Source: Oceanispirochaeta sp. (lineage in GTDB: Bacteria > Spirochaetota > Spirochaetia > DSM-2461). From it: a stretch of DNA of 64,000 nucleotides. Position numbers and translations under genes: made by a program. The stretch covers positions 896,001 through 960,000 of the forward strand of contig CAXXXD010000003.1 in the NCBI GenBank assembly GCA_963663385.2, read 5' to 3'. The notes under the pieces were generated by a model. It was not told where the DNA came from. It did no database searches and saw only the letters and a program-made list of their open reading frames with translations. Below, piece by piece: positions 28,218-38,878 of the stretch. The stretch's first letter is position 1, and each line of letters starts with the position of its first letter.

Positions 28218-29630
28218 ATGCGGCGGGAGATACATTTGAAATTTGAAAATACAGGATTGATCCCGGAACTCCTCAAATCTGTGGAAGCCCGAGGATATAC
28301 AGAAACCACACCCATACAGGCTCAGGCGATCCCTGCCATACTGAATGGGAGGGATGTTATGGGAGGCGCTCAAACGGGAACCGGAAAAACCGCTGCCTTT
28401 GCCCTTCCCATACTGCAGCTGCTGGGAGAACCAGCCGGTTCTGCCTGTGCCCCCCGGGCGCTTATTCTGGCTCCCACCAGAGAACTGGCGGATCAGGTGG
28501 CCGAAAGTTTCGCCTCCTATGGTCAGTTCCTCCATCTTTCCATAACAAAGCTCTACGGGGGTGTTAAAATGAATCCCCAGATAACCAGTCTGAAAAACGG
28601 AACGGATATAATTATTGCGACTCCCGGGCGGCTGATGGATCATATTCTTCAGAAGAGCGTTGATCTTTCGCAGATAGAGATTCTGGTCCTGGATGAAGCG
28701 GACCGTATGCTCGATATGGGCTTTATCAATGATATAAAAGCCATTCTGGCCTCTCTGACGCAGAAAAGCCAGAACCTGCTCTTTTCGGCTACATACAACC
28801 AGGATGTGGAATCACTGGCAAAAAAAATCCTGCATAACCCTCTTATGGCGGAAGTGACAAAAAGAAATGCCGCCGCTTCTGATGTTAAACAGATACTCCA
28901 CTATGTGGACAAGGGGCGTCGTTTCGATCTTCTTCTCCATCTGATACAGGAGGGACAGTGGTATCAGGCTCTGATTTTTGTGAAAACAAGGCATACCGCC
29001 GACCGGATCGCCTCGCAGCTGCAGAAAGCGGGAGTTCCTTCGGCTGCCATTCACGGTGACAAGAGCCAGGGCGCCCGGAACAGGGCCTTGAAAAACTTTA
29101 AATCCGGAGACCTGCAGGCTCTGATCGCTACGGACGTGGCTGCCCGGGGGATCGATCTGCATGACCTGAGTCATGTAGTGAATTTTGAACTGCCCCAAAT
29201 CCCGGAGGATTATATTCACCGTATAGGAAGAACCGGCCGGGCGGGGAAGTCGGGAACAGCTATCTCTCTGGTATCCTTTTCAGAAAAGAACCAGTTGAAA
29301 AAGATTGAAAAAATTCTGAAATATCAGATCCCCGGTGTAATCGTTCCCGGTTTTGAACCAAAGCATGATATCGACACGGTGCTGGGAAAAAACCGGAAAG
29401 AAAAGGATACCGGTACAAAAAAGCCTGTCCGTAAAAGTTCTCCGGGAAAATCTGCTCCGGAAGATAAACGAATCGCCAGAGTAAAATCCGGCAAACCCCA
29501 AAGCGGTGATGCCAGGCAGGCACAATCCGGAAAACCGGGCAGGGGGAGCCGCCCCGGTCAGAACAGCGGAAAAAGAACTGACCGCAGAAAGAATATGTCG
29601 TCACGCAGACCCGGTCGCAGCAGAAAGTAG
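28218..29630 (+). CDS. DEAD-box RNA helicase (RhlE-like)
   Basis: Q motif, AQTGTGKT, PTRELA, DEAD, SAT, HRIGRTGRAG; basic C-terminal tail. Confidence 0.95.
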   Translation: MRREIHLKFENTGLIPELLKSVEARGYTETTPIQAQAIPAILNGRDVMGGAQTGTGKTAAFALPILQLLGEPAGSACAPRALILAPTRELADQVAESFASYGQFLHLSITKLYGGVKMNPQITSLKNGTDIIIATPGRLMDHILQKSVDLSQIEILVLDEADRMLDMGFINDIKAILASLTQKSQNLLFSATYNQDVESLAKKILHNPLMAEVTKRNAAASDVKQILHYVDKGRRFDLLLHLIQEGQWYQALIFVKTRHTADRIASQLQKAGVPSAAIHGDKSQGARNRALKNFKSGDLQALIATDVAARGIDLHDLSHVVNFELPQIPEDYIHRIGRTGRAGKSGTAISLVSFSEKNQLKKIEKILKYQIPGVIVPGFEPKHDIDTVLGKNRKEKDTGTKKPVRKSSPGKSAPEDKRIARVKSGKPQSGDARQAQSGKPGRGSRPGQNSGKRTDRRKNMSSRRPGRSRK

Positions 29631-29740
29631 ATTCCTGTGAATATTTCCAACCGGTAATGTAGATGAACCGGATGATTCACTTGATGTAAGGCGGATTTCA
29701 TTCTATGGTCAAATAGACAGGATATTTTCGGCAGCAGAGG

Positions 29741-31492
29741 GTGATTCAGGTGGAAAAAATTCTTAAAACTATGCAGGACTCGGTGGAAAAATACGCAGCA
29801 GTTCTATCGGAAGTTCTCAAGGTCGATGTGGAAATCGCTGATGAAACACTCGAAAGGATTTCCGGAACGGGATCTTTCAAGGCAAAGGTGAATGAGACCA
29901 TGGCTCATGAAGGCTGTGCTTATGAACAGGTTATTCAAACCGGCCGCATGCAGATTATCGAGAACCCCGGTGTCGATCCGGTCTGTTCCAGATGTCCGAA
30001 ATTCGGACACTGTGAAGAGGTCTATGAGATCAGCACTCCCATTAAAATCGGAACTCAGGTTATTGGGGTAATCGGTTTTGTCTGTTTTACGGAAGAACAG
30101 AAAAGGCATATTCTGGATAACTTTAAAACCTTTGTCGAATTTTCCGGTCAGATCTCCGATCTGATATCCTCCAAGGCCGGCGAGAAAATTGAGAATAATA
30201 AAAATCTGACCTTTATGGATCTGCTGAAGAAAATCAATAACCGGATTGATCAGGGGGTTATTGTTCTTGACAGTCACTCCTGTCTTCAGAATATGAATGA
30301 TCTGGCAGGAAAAATGCTGGGGTTCAGCGGTGATTACAGAAATACGCCTCTCTCCATCAGGGCCACCGGTCATTTTATCCTTGATGAGGAAGAGTATCAG
30401 ATTCAGATAGGGGAAAGAATTCATAATTTTACCGGGAAGAAATTTGATATTAAGATGGGTGACTACCACAGCCTGTTCCTTTTAAAAGATGCCGATATGG
30501 TTCGTTCCTACGCCCTTTCGATCTCCACGAGTCAGCAGAAAATCGGTCTGGAAAGAACCAGAGGGGACTCCCCTCAGATCCAGCGGTTAAAAGAGAAGGT
30601 GAAGATGGTTGCCAAAACCAATTCCACCATCCTGATCCGCGGGGAGAGCGGGACCGGTAAGGAACTGCTGGCCAGAGCGCTGCACGAGGAGAGTCTCAGG
30701 GCCGGTGCGCCTTTTGTGGCCGTTAACTGCGGTGCCATCCCGGAACACCTGATAGAGAGTGAACTGTTCGGGTACGATAAGGGCGCCTTTACCGGAGCCA
30801 ATCCAAAAGGGAAGATCGGAAAATTTGAGCTGGCCCATAAAGGAACCCTCTTTCTGGACGAGATCGGGGACATGCCCCTCTATCTTCAGGTTAAGCTGTT
30901 ACGGGCGCTGGAGGAACGGGAGATTACCCGTATAGGTTCCACCAGGAATATTCCAGTTGATGTTCGTGTCATCACGGCGACTAACAGGGATCTGGAGGAG
31001 ATGATTGCCGAAAAGACATTCAGGGATGATCTTTATTACAGACTGAATGTAATCCCACTGCAACTGCCGGCTCTGCGTGAGCGGGACGGGGATATCAGGC
31101 AGCTGACCCTTTTCTTCATACAGAAATTTTCCAGAATGTTTAAGAAAAATGTGGCCGGTATCGAGGACAGCTTCTGGGCTTCCCTGGAAGAGTATGAATG
31201 GCCCGGGAATATACGGGAACTGCAGAACACGATCGAATATGTAATTATTATGCTTCCCGGTACCGGTGTTTTGAGTGCGGATCTTCTTCCCAACAAGATT
31301 AAGACAAAAGCTTTGAGTTTTGAAATTCAGGATCTGAATCTGGAAGCCATGGAGCGGAGAGTGATAGAACGGGCTTTTGCCCTGTACGGCTGGGATATTG
31401 ATGCCAAAAAAGTCATTGCCGAAAAACTGGGCATCGGGATAGCAACCCTCTACCGGAAGATAAAAAAATATGGTCTGGAAGAACCCCGGTGA
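29741..31492 (+). CDS. Sigma54-dependent transcriptional activator (YgeV-like)
   Basis: [34 protein letters not shown], Fis-type HTH; Cys-containing N-terminal sensor. Confidence 0.93.
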   Translation: MIQVEKILKTMQDSVEKYAAVLSEVLKVDVEIADETLERISGTGSFKAKVNETMAHEGCAYEQVIQTGRMQIIENPGVDPVCSRCPKFGHCEEVYEISTPIKIGTQVIGVIGFVCFTEEQKRHILDNFKTFVEFSGQISDLISSKAGEKIENNKNLTFMDLLKKINNRIDQGVIVLDSHSCLQNMNDLAGKMLGFSGDYRNTPLSIRATGHFILDEEEYQIQIGERIHNFTGKKFDIKMGDYHSLFLLKDADMVRSYALSISTSQQKIGLERTRGDSPQIQRLKEKVKMVAKTNSTILIRGESGTGKELLARALHEESLRAGAPFVAVNCGAIPEHLIESELFGYDKGAFTGANPKGKIGKFELAHKGTLFLDEIGDMPLYLQVKLLRALEEREITRIGSTRNIPVDVRVITATNRDLEEMIAEKTFRDDLYYRLNVIPLQLPALRERDGDIRQLTLFFIQKFSRMFKKNVAGIEDSFWASLEEYEWPGNIRELQNTIEYVIIMLPGTGVLSADLLPNKIKTKALSFEIQDLNLEAMERRVIERAFALYGWDIDAKKVIAEKLGIGIATLYRKIKKYGLEEPR

Positions 31493-31493
31493 G

Positions 31494-31549
31494 TTATCAA
31501 TATGATAATGATATATCAAAATGATAAAATTGCTTTATCATTTTGATAA
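31494..31549. promoter_or_regulatory. Three palindromic upstream activator sites, TTATCA-N3-TGATAA
   Basis: TTATCAATATGATAA (31494), ATATCAAAATGATAA (31513), TTATCATTTTGATAA (31535). Confidence 0.8.
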
Positions 31550-31609
31550 AAACACCGGAAAATCCCTTTTCTAAAGCTGTAATTCCATTATAGACACCAG
31601 AACGAGAGT

Positions 31610-31625
31610 TGGCACAGTGTTTGCA
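31610..31625 (+). promoter_or_regulatory. Sigma54 -24/-12 promoter of dpaL
   Basis: TGGCAC-AGTGT-TTGCA, exact GG-N10-GC spacing. Confidence 0.9.
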
Positions 31626-31658
31626 AAATGATCTACATAATATTCCAGGAGGAATGCA

Positions 31659-32870
31659 ATGAAGATGTTTGATGAAGCATTCAGAATAAAAGCTGTTGCC
31701 ACAGAAACAAATTATAAGGATTATCCTTCTCTCTTTAATGAGAAGGAAGTGAGAAAAGTTACGAATTTCCATAAATCCGTTAGTGAATATGCCCAAACTC
31801 CGCTTATCAGTCTTAAAACCCTTGCAGAAGATATGGGGGTTAAAGGTATTTATGTTAAAGATGAATCCTTCCGTTTCGGTTTGAACGCTTTTAAAGCGCT
31901 GGGCGGGACCTATTCCATCGCCCAGGTTATCTGTGAAAGACTGGGAAAGAACATTGAAGATGTCACCTTTGACTATCTGAAGTCCGAAGAGGTCCATGAA
32001 AAAATCAAAGATATGGTTTTTGTAACGGCTACGGACGGGAATCATGGGAGAGGCGTTGCCTGGACAGCTTCCCGGCTGGGATGCCGGTCAGTTGTCTACA
32101 TGCCAAAGGGAGCGGCGGAAACGCGGGTTGAAGCCATAAGAAAGGCCGGAGCGGAGATCCATGTAACAGATCTTAACTATGATGACGCCGTGCGGCTGGC
32201 TTCCCGGACTGGCGATGAAAACGGCTGGATCCTTGTACAGGATACGGGATTTGAGGGGTATGAGAAGATTCCGAACTGGATCTCTCAGGGGTATATGACC
32301 ATGGCCGATGAGGCTCAGCAGCAACTGGAAGCCATGGGAGTTGAAAAACCGACTCACCTTTTTCTGCAGGCCGGTGTCGGCGCTATGGCGGGGGGGGTTC
32401 TGGGTTACTATGTCAATAAATTCAAGGATGATTATCCTGTTACGGCCATTGTGGAGCCGAATAATGCCGCCTGTATCTATAAATCAGCCATAACCAATGA
32501 CGGGAAACCCCATGCGGTTAAGGGGGATCATAATACCATTATGGCCGGTTTGGCCTGCGGCGAGCCCAATCCGGTTACATGGGAGATCCTGAGGGATTTC
32601 GCCTCTGTCTACTTTGCCTGCCCGGATTTTATTTCGGCGGTGGGTATGCGTCTTCTGGCCTGTCCCAGGGGGGAAGACAGGAAAATCGTATCGGGTGAGT
32701 CCGGATCAGTCGGGATAGGACTGCTGGACTTTCTGGTCAGAAGAAAAGAGCTGGCAGAAGTAAAAGAGTATCTTGGTTTGGATGAGGAATCAGTTATTCT
32801 CCTGTTTAATACAGAAGGGGATACGGATCCGGAAAACTACAAGGATATTATCTATTACGGGGCAGAATAA
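31659..32870 (+). CDS. dpaL: Diaminopropionate ammonia-lyase
   Basis: KDESFRFGLNAFKALGG, ATDGNHGRG, HLFLQAGVG, TIMAGLACGEP, TEGDTDP. Confidence 0.95.
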   Translation: MKMFDEAFRIKAVATETNYKDYPSLFNEKEVRKVTNFHKSVSEYAQTPLISLKTLAEDMGVKGIYVKDESFRFGLNAFKALGGTYSIAQVICERLGKNIEDVTFDYLKSEEVHEKIKDMVFVTATDGNHGRGVAWTASRLGCRSVVYMPKGAAETRVEAIRKAGAEIHVTDLNYDDAVRLASRTGDENGWILVQDTGFEGYEKIPNWISQGYMTMADEAQQQLEAMGVEKPTHLFLQAGVGAMAGGVLGYYVNKFKDDYPVTAIVEPNNAACIYKSAITNDGKPHAVKGDHNTIMAGLACGEPNPVTWEILRDFASVYFACPDFISAVGMRLLACPRGEDRKIVSGESGSVGIGLLDFLVRRKELAEVKEYLGLDEESVILLFNTEGDTDPENYKDIIYYGAE

Positions 32871-32895
32871 TCTGTTGGACTGCCAATGAAAAGGT

Positions 32896-32921
32896 ATAGT
32901 TGATATGGTTGAATATAAATC
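32896..32921 (+). promoter_or_regulatory. Conserved operator-like motif upstream of ridA (copy 1)
   Basis: ATAGTTGATATGGTTGAATATAAATC, 22/26 identical to 33490-33515. Confidence 0.6.
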
Positions 32922-33000
32922 ATTAGTATCTGTATTTGATCATTTTACTATAAAAGAAAAGTAAAACAGCGGGAGTCCCGCAGTACATTTGGAGGATTAT

Positions 33001-33375
33001 ATGAAGAAAACTGTCAGTACAGAGAAGGCGCCGGCAGCAATCGGTCCCTATTCACAGGCTAATATTGTAAACAACTGCGTTTACTCATCCGGGCAGCTGC
33101 CTATCAATGTTGAAACAGGTAAAATGCCCGAGACCATTGCCGAGCAGACCAGGCAGTCTCTGGAGAATGCTAAAGCTATTGTGGAAACCGCCGGTTCTTC
33201 CATGGAAAAAGTGTTCAAAACCACTGTTTTCCTGAGTGATATGAATAATTTTGCTGCCATGAATGATGTTTACAAGGAATTTTTCAGCAGCGACTTTCCA
33301 TCCCGGAGCGCTGTTGAAGTAGCCAGACTTCCCCTGGATGCCCTGGTTGAGATAGAAGTAATAGCCGAAATCTGA
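33001..33375 (+). CDS. ridA: RidA family enamine/imine deaminase
   Basis: APAAIGPYSQA, SGQLP, FAAMN.VY, PSRSAVEVARLP, VEIE; GGAGG RBS. Confidence 0.93.
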   Translation: MKKTVSTEKAPAAIGPYSQANIVNNCVYSSGQLPINVETGKMPETIAEQTRQSLENAKAIVETAGSSMEKVFKTTVFLSDMNNFAAMNDVYKEFFSSDFPSRSAVEVARLPLDALVEIEVIAEI

Positions 33376-33395
33376 GCAACTGAAAAATCACTCCT

Positions 33396-33435
33396 GACCT
33401 CCCGGAATCAGTCTGAACCGGGAGGTCTTTTTTTT
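33396..33435 (+). terminator. Intrinsic terminator after ridA
   Basis: GACCTCCCGG...CCGGGAGGTC followed by T8. Confidence 0.85.
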
Positions 33436-33465
33436 ATCAGGGTAAAAAAGAATTACAGAAAAAAT

Positions 33466-33515
33466 TTGACAAATCAACGAAATAGCCGCATAGTTGACAG
33501 AGTTGATTATAAATC
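33466..33515 (+). promoter_or_regulatory. Sigma70 promoter of the TRAP operon with operator-like motif (copy 2)
   Basis: TTGACA-17-CATAGT overlapped by ATAGTTGACAGAGTTGATTATAAATC. Confidence 0.65.
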
Positions 33516-33532
33516 GTCTAAAAGGAGGATTG

Positions 33533-34063
33533 ATGAACATTATAAAAAAGATTGATGAATATGTCACAATTTTTACTGAATGGCTCTTAGGAGTCAGCAT
33601 TATATTGATGGCTATTATTCTGATTGCAAATGTTATTGCAAGAAAGCTTTTTGCCAACAGTATCCCCGCTGCCGATGAAGTCGGTGTAACACTTATTATT
33701 CTTGCAACCTTCAGCGGGATTGGTTATGCCGCCAAAAAAGGCCGCCATATCAGAATGTCAGCCCTGTTTGATGCGGTACCAAAGAAGATCCAGAAAGTAA
33801 TGATCATTCTGATTTCGGCCGTAACCTGTGTTACCTATGTGTATGTCTGCTACATTGCCTTTCAGTACATAGATTATACAAAAATGCTGGGACGGGTTAC
33901 ATCTGCATTGGAAATGCCGGCCTGGATAAGGGTAGTGGTTGTTCCCATTGGTTTCGGTTTGGGCGCTATACAGTATTTTCTGAATATCATCATCAATATT
34001 AAAGAACCGGAAATCTTTATCGGAACTGAAAAAACAGCTGGAGGTGATGACAGTGGTTTTTAG
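33533..34063 (+). CDS. TRAP transporter small permease (TeaB-like)
   Basis: Four TM segments, GRHIRMSALFD; ATG33533 after AGGAGG. Confidence 0.9.
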   Translation: MNIIKKIDEYVTIFTEWLLGVSIILMAIILIANVIARKLFANSIPAADEVGVTLIILATFSGIGYAAKKGRHIRMSALFDAVPKKIQKVMIILISAVTCVTYVYVCYIAFQYIDYTKMLGRVTSALEMPAWIRVVVVPIGFGLGAIQYFLNIIINIKEPEIFIGTEKTAGGDDSGF

Positions 34064-35330
34064 TCTTTTAGCAATAATGGTGGTTCTGCTGCTCATGGGA
34101 TTTCCCATGATGATGACAATGCTCTTTGCCACACTCTATTATCTGATTGCCTTTATGCCTGATGTAGAGGTTTTTACAGTTGTACAGCAGATGGTTCTGG
34201 GGGTACAGAGTCCGGTATTGATGGCAATCCCCATGTTTATGCTGGCGGCGGACATTATGTGTACAGGCCATACGTCAAAACGCCTTCTGGATTTTGTCGA
34301 GAGTTTTGTCGGTCATCTCCCGGGAGGAATGGCAACAACAACATCTTTGACATGTGCCCTTTTCGGTTCCATATCCGGATCAACACAGGCAACTGTAGTG
34401 GCTGTAGGACGTCCGGTCAGAAAAAAACTGCTGGAGCGAGGTTACAGTGAAAGCGAAATAATGGCATTGATTATTAATTCAAGCAACCTGGCCTATCTGA
34501 TTCCCCCCAGTCTGGGAATGGTTGTATACGGGGTTGCTTCAGGGGCCTCTATCGGTAAGCTGTTTATTGCCGGGATCGGACCCGCTGTTGTTATCCTGAT
34601 TCTGTTCGGGATCTATTGTGCTATCTATGCCAAGGTTAAGAAAATACCAAAACTGGATAAAGCCAGTTATGCGGAACGCTGGAGAGCCACAAAGAACTCC
34701 TTTATGGCGTTCGGATTTCCTCTGATTATCATGGGCGGTATCTATACCGGTATTTTCAGCCCGACTGAAGCTGCTGCTGTATCCGTGCTCTATGCTCTTA
34801 TTGTGGAAGTCTTTATCTATAAAAGTATCAAGCTGAGGGATGTGTATAAAATTGCGTTATCAACCGGAATTATAACAACCGTAGTTTTTATCCTGGTTGC
34901 TGTGGGCGGCGCTTTCTCATGGGTTATTTCCTATGCAAGGGTTCCCCAGCTGATGACGGAAGGAATCCTTGGAAGCACACCGTCCATTTTTATGATTCTT
35001 CTGGTTGTGAATATTTTCTTTTTTATCGGTTGCATGTTTATCGAAGCGGTAGTTGTTATTTTGATTCTCACCCCGATTTTTGTTCCTATTGCAGCGGCAG
35101 CCGGCATCGATCTGGTTCATCTGGGAATCATTATTACCCTTCAGGTAGCTATCGGATCGGGAACACCGCCATTCGGGACAAGTATTTTTACTTGCAGCGC
35201 CATTTTTGATAAATCTTTTCTAACGGTTATCAGGAATGAAGGGCCCTATATTGCCATTCTGCTGTTTGCCTGTTTTCTTATATCAGCCTTTCCGCAAATA
35301 TCTCTGTTTCTGGGCAGTCTGGTTCAGTAA
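34044..35330 (+). CDS. TRAP transporter large permease (TeaC-like)
   Basis: AIPMFMLAADIM, FGSISGSTQATVVAVG, LIPPS, PTEAAA, TPPFG. Confidence 0.93.
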   Translation: MMTVVFSLLAIMVVLLLMGFPMMMTMLFATLYYLIAFMPDVEVFTVVQQMVLGVQSPVLMAIPMFMLAADIMCTGHTSKRLLDFVESFVGHLPGGMATTTSLTCALFGSISGSTQATVVAVGRPVRKKLLERGYSESEIMALIINSSNLAYLIPPSLGMVVYGVASGASIGKLFIAGIGPAVVILILFGIYCAIYAKVKKIPKLDKASYAERWRATKNSFMAFGFPLIIMGGIYTGIFSPTEAAAVSVLYALIVEVFIYKSIKLRDVYKIALSTGIITTVVFILVAVGGAFSWVISYARVPQLMTEGILGSTPSIFMILLVVNIFFFIGCMFIEAVVVILILTPIFVPIAAAAGIDLVHLGIIITLQVAIGSGTPPFGTSIFTCSAIFDKSFLTVIRNEGPYIAILLFACFLISAFPQISLFLGSLVQ

Positions 35331-35419
35331 TTATGTTTCTAACAGGCCGCAGATCATAAGTCTGTTAATCAAAGATAGATGTTCTGCTGCTTAACAAGAT
35401 AGAAGAAAAGGAGTCTATT

Positions 35420-36454
35420 ATGACAAGAGTAAAATTATTATTAGGTCTGGTTCTCGCAGCTTCTCTGCTGGCATCCTGCGGAGGGAAATCAGAACAGTCT
35501 TCCTCAAAGAGTTCAGATAAAGTTTACACATTTAAAGTTACCCATGAAGAGTATGCAGACACTGTTCCCGACCTTTATGCCAAAGAGTTGGCCCGTCGTG
35601 TAGAAGAGAAGAGCAACGGCCGGATTAAATTCGAGATTTTTCAGGTTGGTCAGCTGGGTGTTGGTGTCGATCTGATTGAACACCTTTTAACCGGCGCTAC
35701 CCAGATGGCTATTGTCAGCCCTGGTAATGTGGCAACCATCGTACCGGAAGGTCAGATCTTTGCACTGCATTATCTGCTGCCGACTGATGTTAAAAAAGCT
35801 TATGACTTCCTGGCTGTCAGTAAGGTCGTTACCCAGGATCTGCCAAAAATTTATGCAGAAAAGAATCTGAAACTGATAGATCTGTGGCCTCTGGGAGCCA
35901 GTGACTGGCTGAGTAAAAGAAAGATTCAGTCTCCTGCTGATTTTGACGGTCTAACCTTCAGAACCATGGATACTCCTCTAATTATTAAAAACTATGAGGC
36001 ATACAATGCCAATCCTACACCTGTACCCTATACAGATGTATACAGCGCTCTGCAATTGAATATGGTTTCCGGTGTAGAAAACCCTCTTGGCGCTCTTGTG
36101 GACATGAAATGGTATGAAGTTCAGGATTACCTGATCAAATCCAATCATATCATGTATCTGGAAGGTGTTTTCATGAATGATAAATCCTTCAACAAACTTC
36201 CCGAAGATCTTCAGCTGATTCTGACTGAAACCATTGCAGAAATGCACAATTATGCCTACGAACTGCAGGATAAAGCCAACAGCGAAGCTGAAAAAATCCT
36301 GGCTGAAAATGTGGAAGTTGTAGAACTCACAGACGACGCTCTGGCTCAGTTCAAAGCAGCTGCACTTCCTGTAAGAGAATACTTCAAGAAAGAATCCAGC
36401 AAGAGAGCAAAAGAGTTTCTTGAAATCCTGGAAGCAGAAGTTGAGAAGTTCTGA
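35420..36454 (+). CDS. TRAP substrate-binding lipoprotein DctP (TeaA-like)
   Basis: LASC lipobox, HEEY, FRTM, PTPVPYTDVYSALQ, ENP. Confidence 0.9.
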   Translation: MTRVKLLLGLVLAASLLASCGGKSEQSSSKSSDKVYTFKVTHEEYADTVPDLYAKELARRVEEKSNGRIKFEIFQVGQLGVGVDLIEHLLTGATQMAIVSPGNVATIVPEGQIFALHYLLPTDVKKAYDFLAVSKVVTQDLPKIYAEKNLKLIDLWPLGASDWLSKRKIQSPADFDGLTFRTMDTPLIIKNYEAYNANPTPVPYTDVYSALQLNMVSGVENPLGALVDMKWYEVQDYLIKSNHIMYLEGVFMNDKSFNKLPEDLQLILTETIAEMHNYAYELQDKANSEAEKILAENVEVVELTDDALAQFKAAALPVREYFKKESSKRAKEFLEILEAEVEKF

Positions 36455-36496
36455 GTTATTCGAGTAAAGATTAAATAGTCAAGGAGATAGTGGTTA

Positions 36497-37705
36497 ATGT
36501 TTGCGTATAATGTTCCGTTTAAAGATTTTGAAGATAGACGGCAGAAATGCCAGGTTGAAGCACAGAAGCGGGGACTAACAGGAGTATTTGTCTGTTCCAG
36601 AGGCGGAGGAACCTTCGATCGATTCGCCGGAGGAGATTTTTTTGCGAACCATTATCAGCAGCGCTGCTATCTTCCTGATAATCTGCCTCTCTGGAGCGGC
36701 AGGTCCCACTCCCTCCTGCTTATTCCGGCAGAAGGAGACGCTGTTCTGCTGGTAACGACACTGGAGTACCGGAAAGATCTGGTAGCCGTAAATGATGTCC
36801 GCTATTCTACGGATTTTCACTCTCTTATCGCGGAAACGGCGAAAGAACTGGGAATGGACAGGGGAGAAGCAGGGATTATCTATGAGGATACACTGCACGG
36901 TACGATCAGCCGGCATATGAAGCAGAATCTTCCCGAACTGGAGCTGATACCCTGTGATGATATTATTTCTGATCTGCAGATAATCAAAACTGAAAGGGAA
37001 AGAGAGTCCATAGAAGAAGCCTGCCGGATCGGCAGCGAGGCTGTCCGGATTATCATGGACGGCGTGGCTCCCGGTAAGACCGAGAGTCAGGTACTGGGGT
37101 CGGCTATGGACTTCATATACTCCAACGGTGCTGCTCTCTACTTTGTTGTAACCAATGGGGGCGCAGACAGTTTTCCGGTTCATAGTATTGATTTCCCCGG
37201 TTATGACTGCCGGCGGAAGATGGAGAAGGGGGATATTTTCAAGGTTGACCTTATTATCCTTTTTGAAGGGTATATCTGTGACTTCGGCCGGACAACCATT
37301 GTCGGTGGAGAGGCTGATTCTGTTCAGAGAAAGATGATTGAAGAAGTGACTTACTCCTGTGATCATGTGATCAGCAAAATAAAACCCGGTGTGAAAATCA
37401 GTGATATTGTAGCGGCAGGAGATGAATATCTGCAAGCCAGGGGTATCTCCCTGGCGGAAGAACAGAACGACCCGGAGCAAATTTATGCCGCCTTCCCGCC
37501 CCACTGGGGGCATGGCATCGGTATGACATGGGAAAGGCCCTGGTTTGTCCGGGAGGAGTCCATGACTGTTCGGGAAAATATGTACCTTGCTGTTGAGAAA
37601 TGCCTGTATAAACCGGGGTTGGGAACTGTCAACTATGAACAGAATCTTCTGGTTACCGCAGAGGGACCCCGAGTACTGACGTCAACGCAAAAAATTTGGA
37701 TTTAG
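36497..37705 (+). CDS. M24 family metallo-amidohydrolase/peptidase
   Basis: Creatinase-like N-domain; ligands VD, CDFGRT, HGIG, AVEK, YEQN. Confidence 0.85.
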   Translation: MFAYNVPFKDFEDRRQKCQVEAQKRGLTGVFVCSRGGGTFDRFAGGDFFANHYQQRCYLPDNLPLWSGRSHSLLLIPAEGDAVLLVTTLEYRKDLVAVNDVRYSTDFHSLIAETAKELGMDRGEAGIIYEDTLHGTISRHMKQNLPELELIPCDDIISDLQIIKTERERESIEEACRIGSEAVRIIMDGVAPGKTESQVLGSAMDFIYSNGAALYFVVTNGGADSFPVHSIDFPGYDCRRKMEKGDIFKVDLIILFEGYICDFGRTTIVGGEADSVQRKMIEEVTYSCDHVISKIKPGVKISDIVAAGDEYLQARGISLAEEQNDPEQIYAAFPPHWGHGIGMTWERPWFVREESMTVRENMYLAVEKCLYKPGLGTVNYEQNLLVTAEGPRVLTSTQKIWI

Positions 37706-37720
37706 GATTTATCGTATATT

Positions 37721-38878
37721 ATGTTGAATAGAGAAAAACTGATTCGCTTCTGCCAGGATCTAATACAGTTGAAAAGCCTCTCCGGACAGGAGGGGAAGGT
37801 GGCAGAGCGGATAGTCAGAGAGATGAAGGATCTGGGGTATGATCAGATAAGAACCGATCCCTATGGAAATGTTATTGGTAAAATCAACGGGAAGGGAGAA
37901 CGGTCCCTGCTTTTTGAGGGACATATGGATATCGTGGATGTTCCTACTCCCGAGGATTGGAGTGTTGATCCCTTTGGAGGGGTCATTCAGGACGACAGGA
38001 TCTATGGTCGCGGGGCGGCAGATATGAAAACCGCTCTTGCCGCCATGATTCACGGCGCTGCCGAGATAGCTGGACAATCCTTGGAAGCAGATATTTATGT
38101 TGCTGCGATTGTATATGAGGAAATCTTCGAAGGGGTGGGATTCGGCAAGGTTCTGGATGAAATTAAACCGGATGCTATTGTCCTGGGAGAACCTAATGAT
38201 CTGCAGATTGCCATTGCCCAGAAGGGCAGGGCCGAAATTGTTCTTGAAACATTCGGTGTAAATTCGCATTCTGCTCATCCGGAAGCAGGAGTGAATGCTT
38301 TAAATCATATGGTCCTGTTACTGGAGGAGATCAATTCAATACCGGTTATTGAATCTGAAGTTCTGGGAAAGGGAATTCTTGTTCCTACAGATATCGTTTC
38401 TTCTCCCTATCCGGGGGCTTCCATTATACCCGATCGTTGTCGTGTTACAATTGACCGGCGGCTGGTAGAGGACGAAACCCGGGAAAGCGTTTTGAAGCCT
38501 ATCCGGGAAAAAATCGAACTGTTGAAAGGCAGACTGAAGAACTTTAATGCTCAGGTATCTTTTGCAGTGGAAGAGCTTCCTACCTATACGGGTGATAAAC
38601 TGAAATCCGAGCGGTTTTATCCGGGTTGGGTGCTTTCCGATCAGCATGATCTTGTAAATAAAGCCCTTCAGGCCTATTCGGACGAAGGGGAAACGGCAGT
38701 TCTCGGCCGTTATGTTTTCTGTACAGACGGGAGTGAATGCGCTGGAAAGAGAAACATTCCTACAATCGGCATCGGACCGGCCAGGGCGGAAATGGCACAT
38801 GTGGTTGATGAGTGCGTGGAATTGGAAAAAGTCATATCTGCTGCTAAAATATACAGTCGTCTAGCCGGAATATACTGA
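37721..38878 (+). CDS. YgeY-like M20 metallo-hydrolase
   Basis: GHMD, GRGAADMK, YEEIFEG, GEP, HSAHPE, CTDGS, AHVVDE. Confidence 0.88.
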   Translation: MLNREKLIRFCQDLIQLKSLSGQEGKVAERIVREMKDLGYDQIRTDPYGNVIGKINGKGERSLLFEGHMDIVDVPTPEDWSVDPFGGVIQDDRIYGRGAADMKTALAAMIHGAAEIAGQSLEADIYVAAIVYEEIFEGVGFGKVLDEIKPDAIVLGEPNDLQIAIAQKGRAEIVLETFGVNSHSAHPEAGVNALNHMVLLLEEINSIPVIESEVLGKGILVPTDIVSSPYPGASIIPDRCRVTIDRRLVEDETRESVLKPIREKIELLKGRLKNFNAQVSFAVEELPTYTGDKLKSERFYPGWVLSDQHDLVNKALQAYSDEGETAVLGRYVFCTDGSECAGKRNIPTIGIGPARAEMAHVVDECVELEKVISAAKIYSRLAGIY

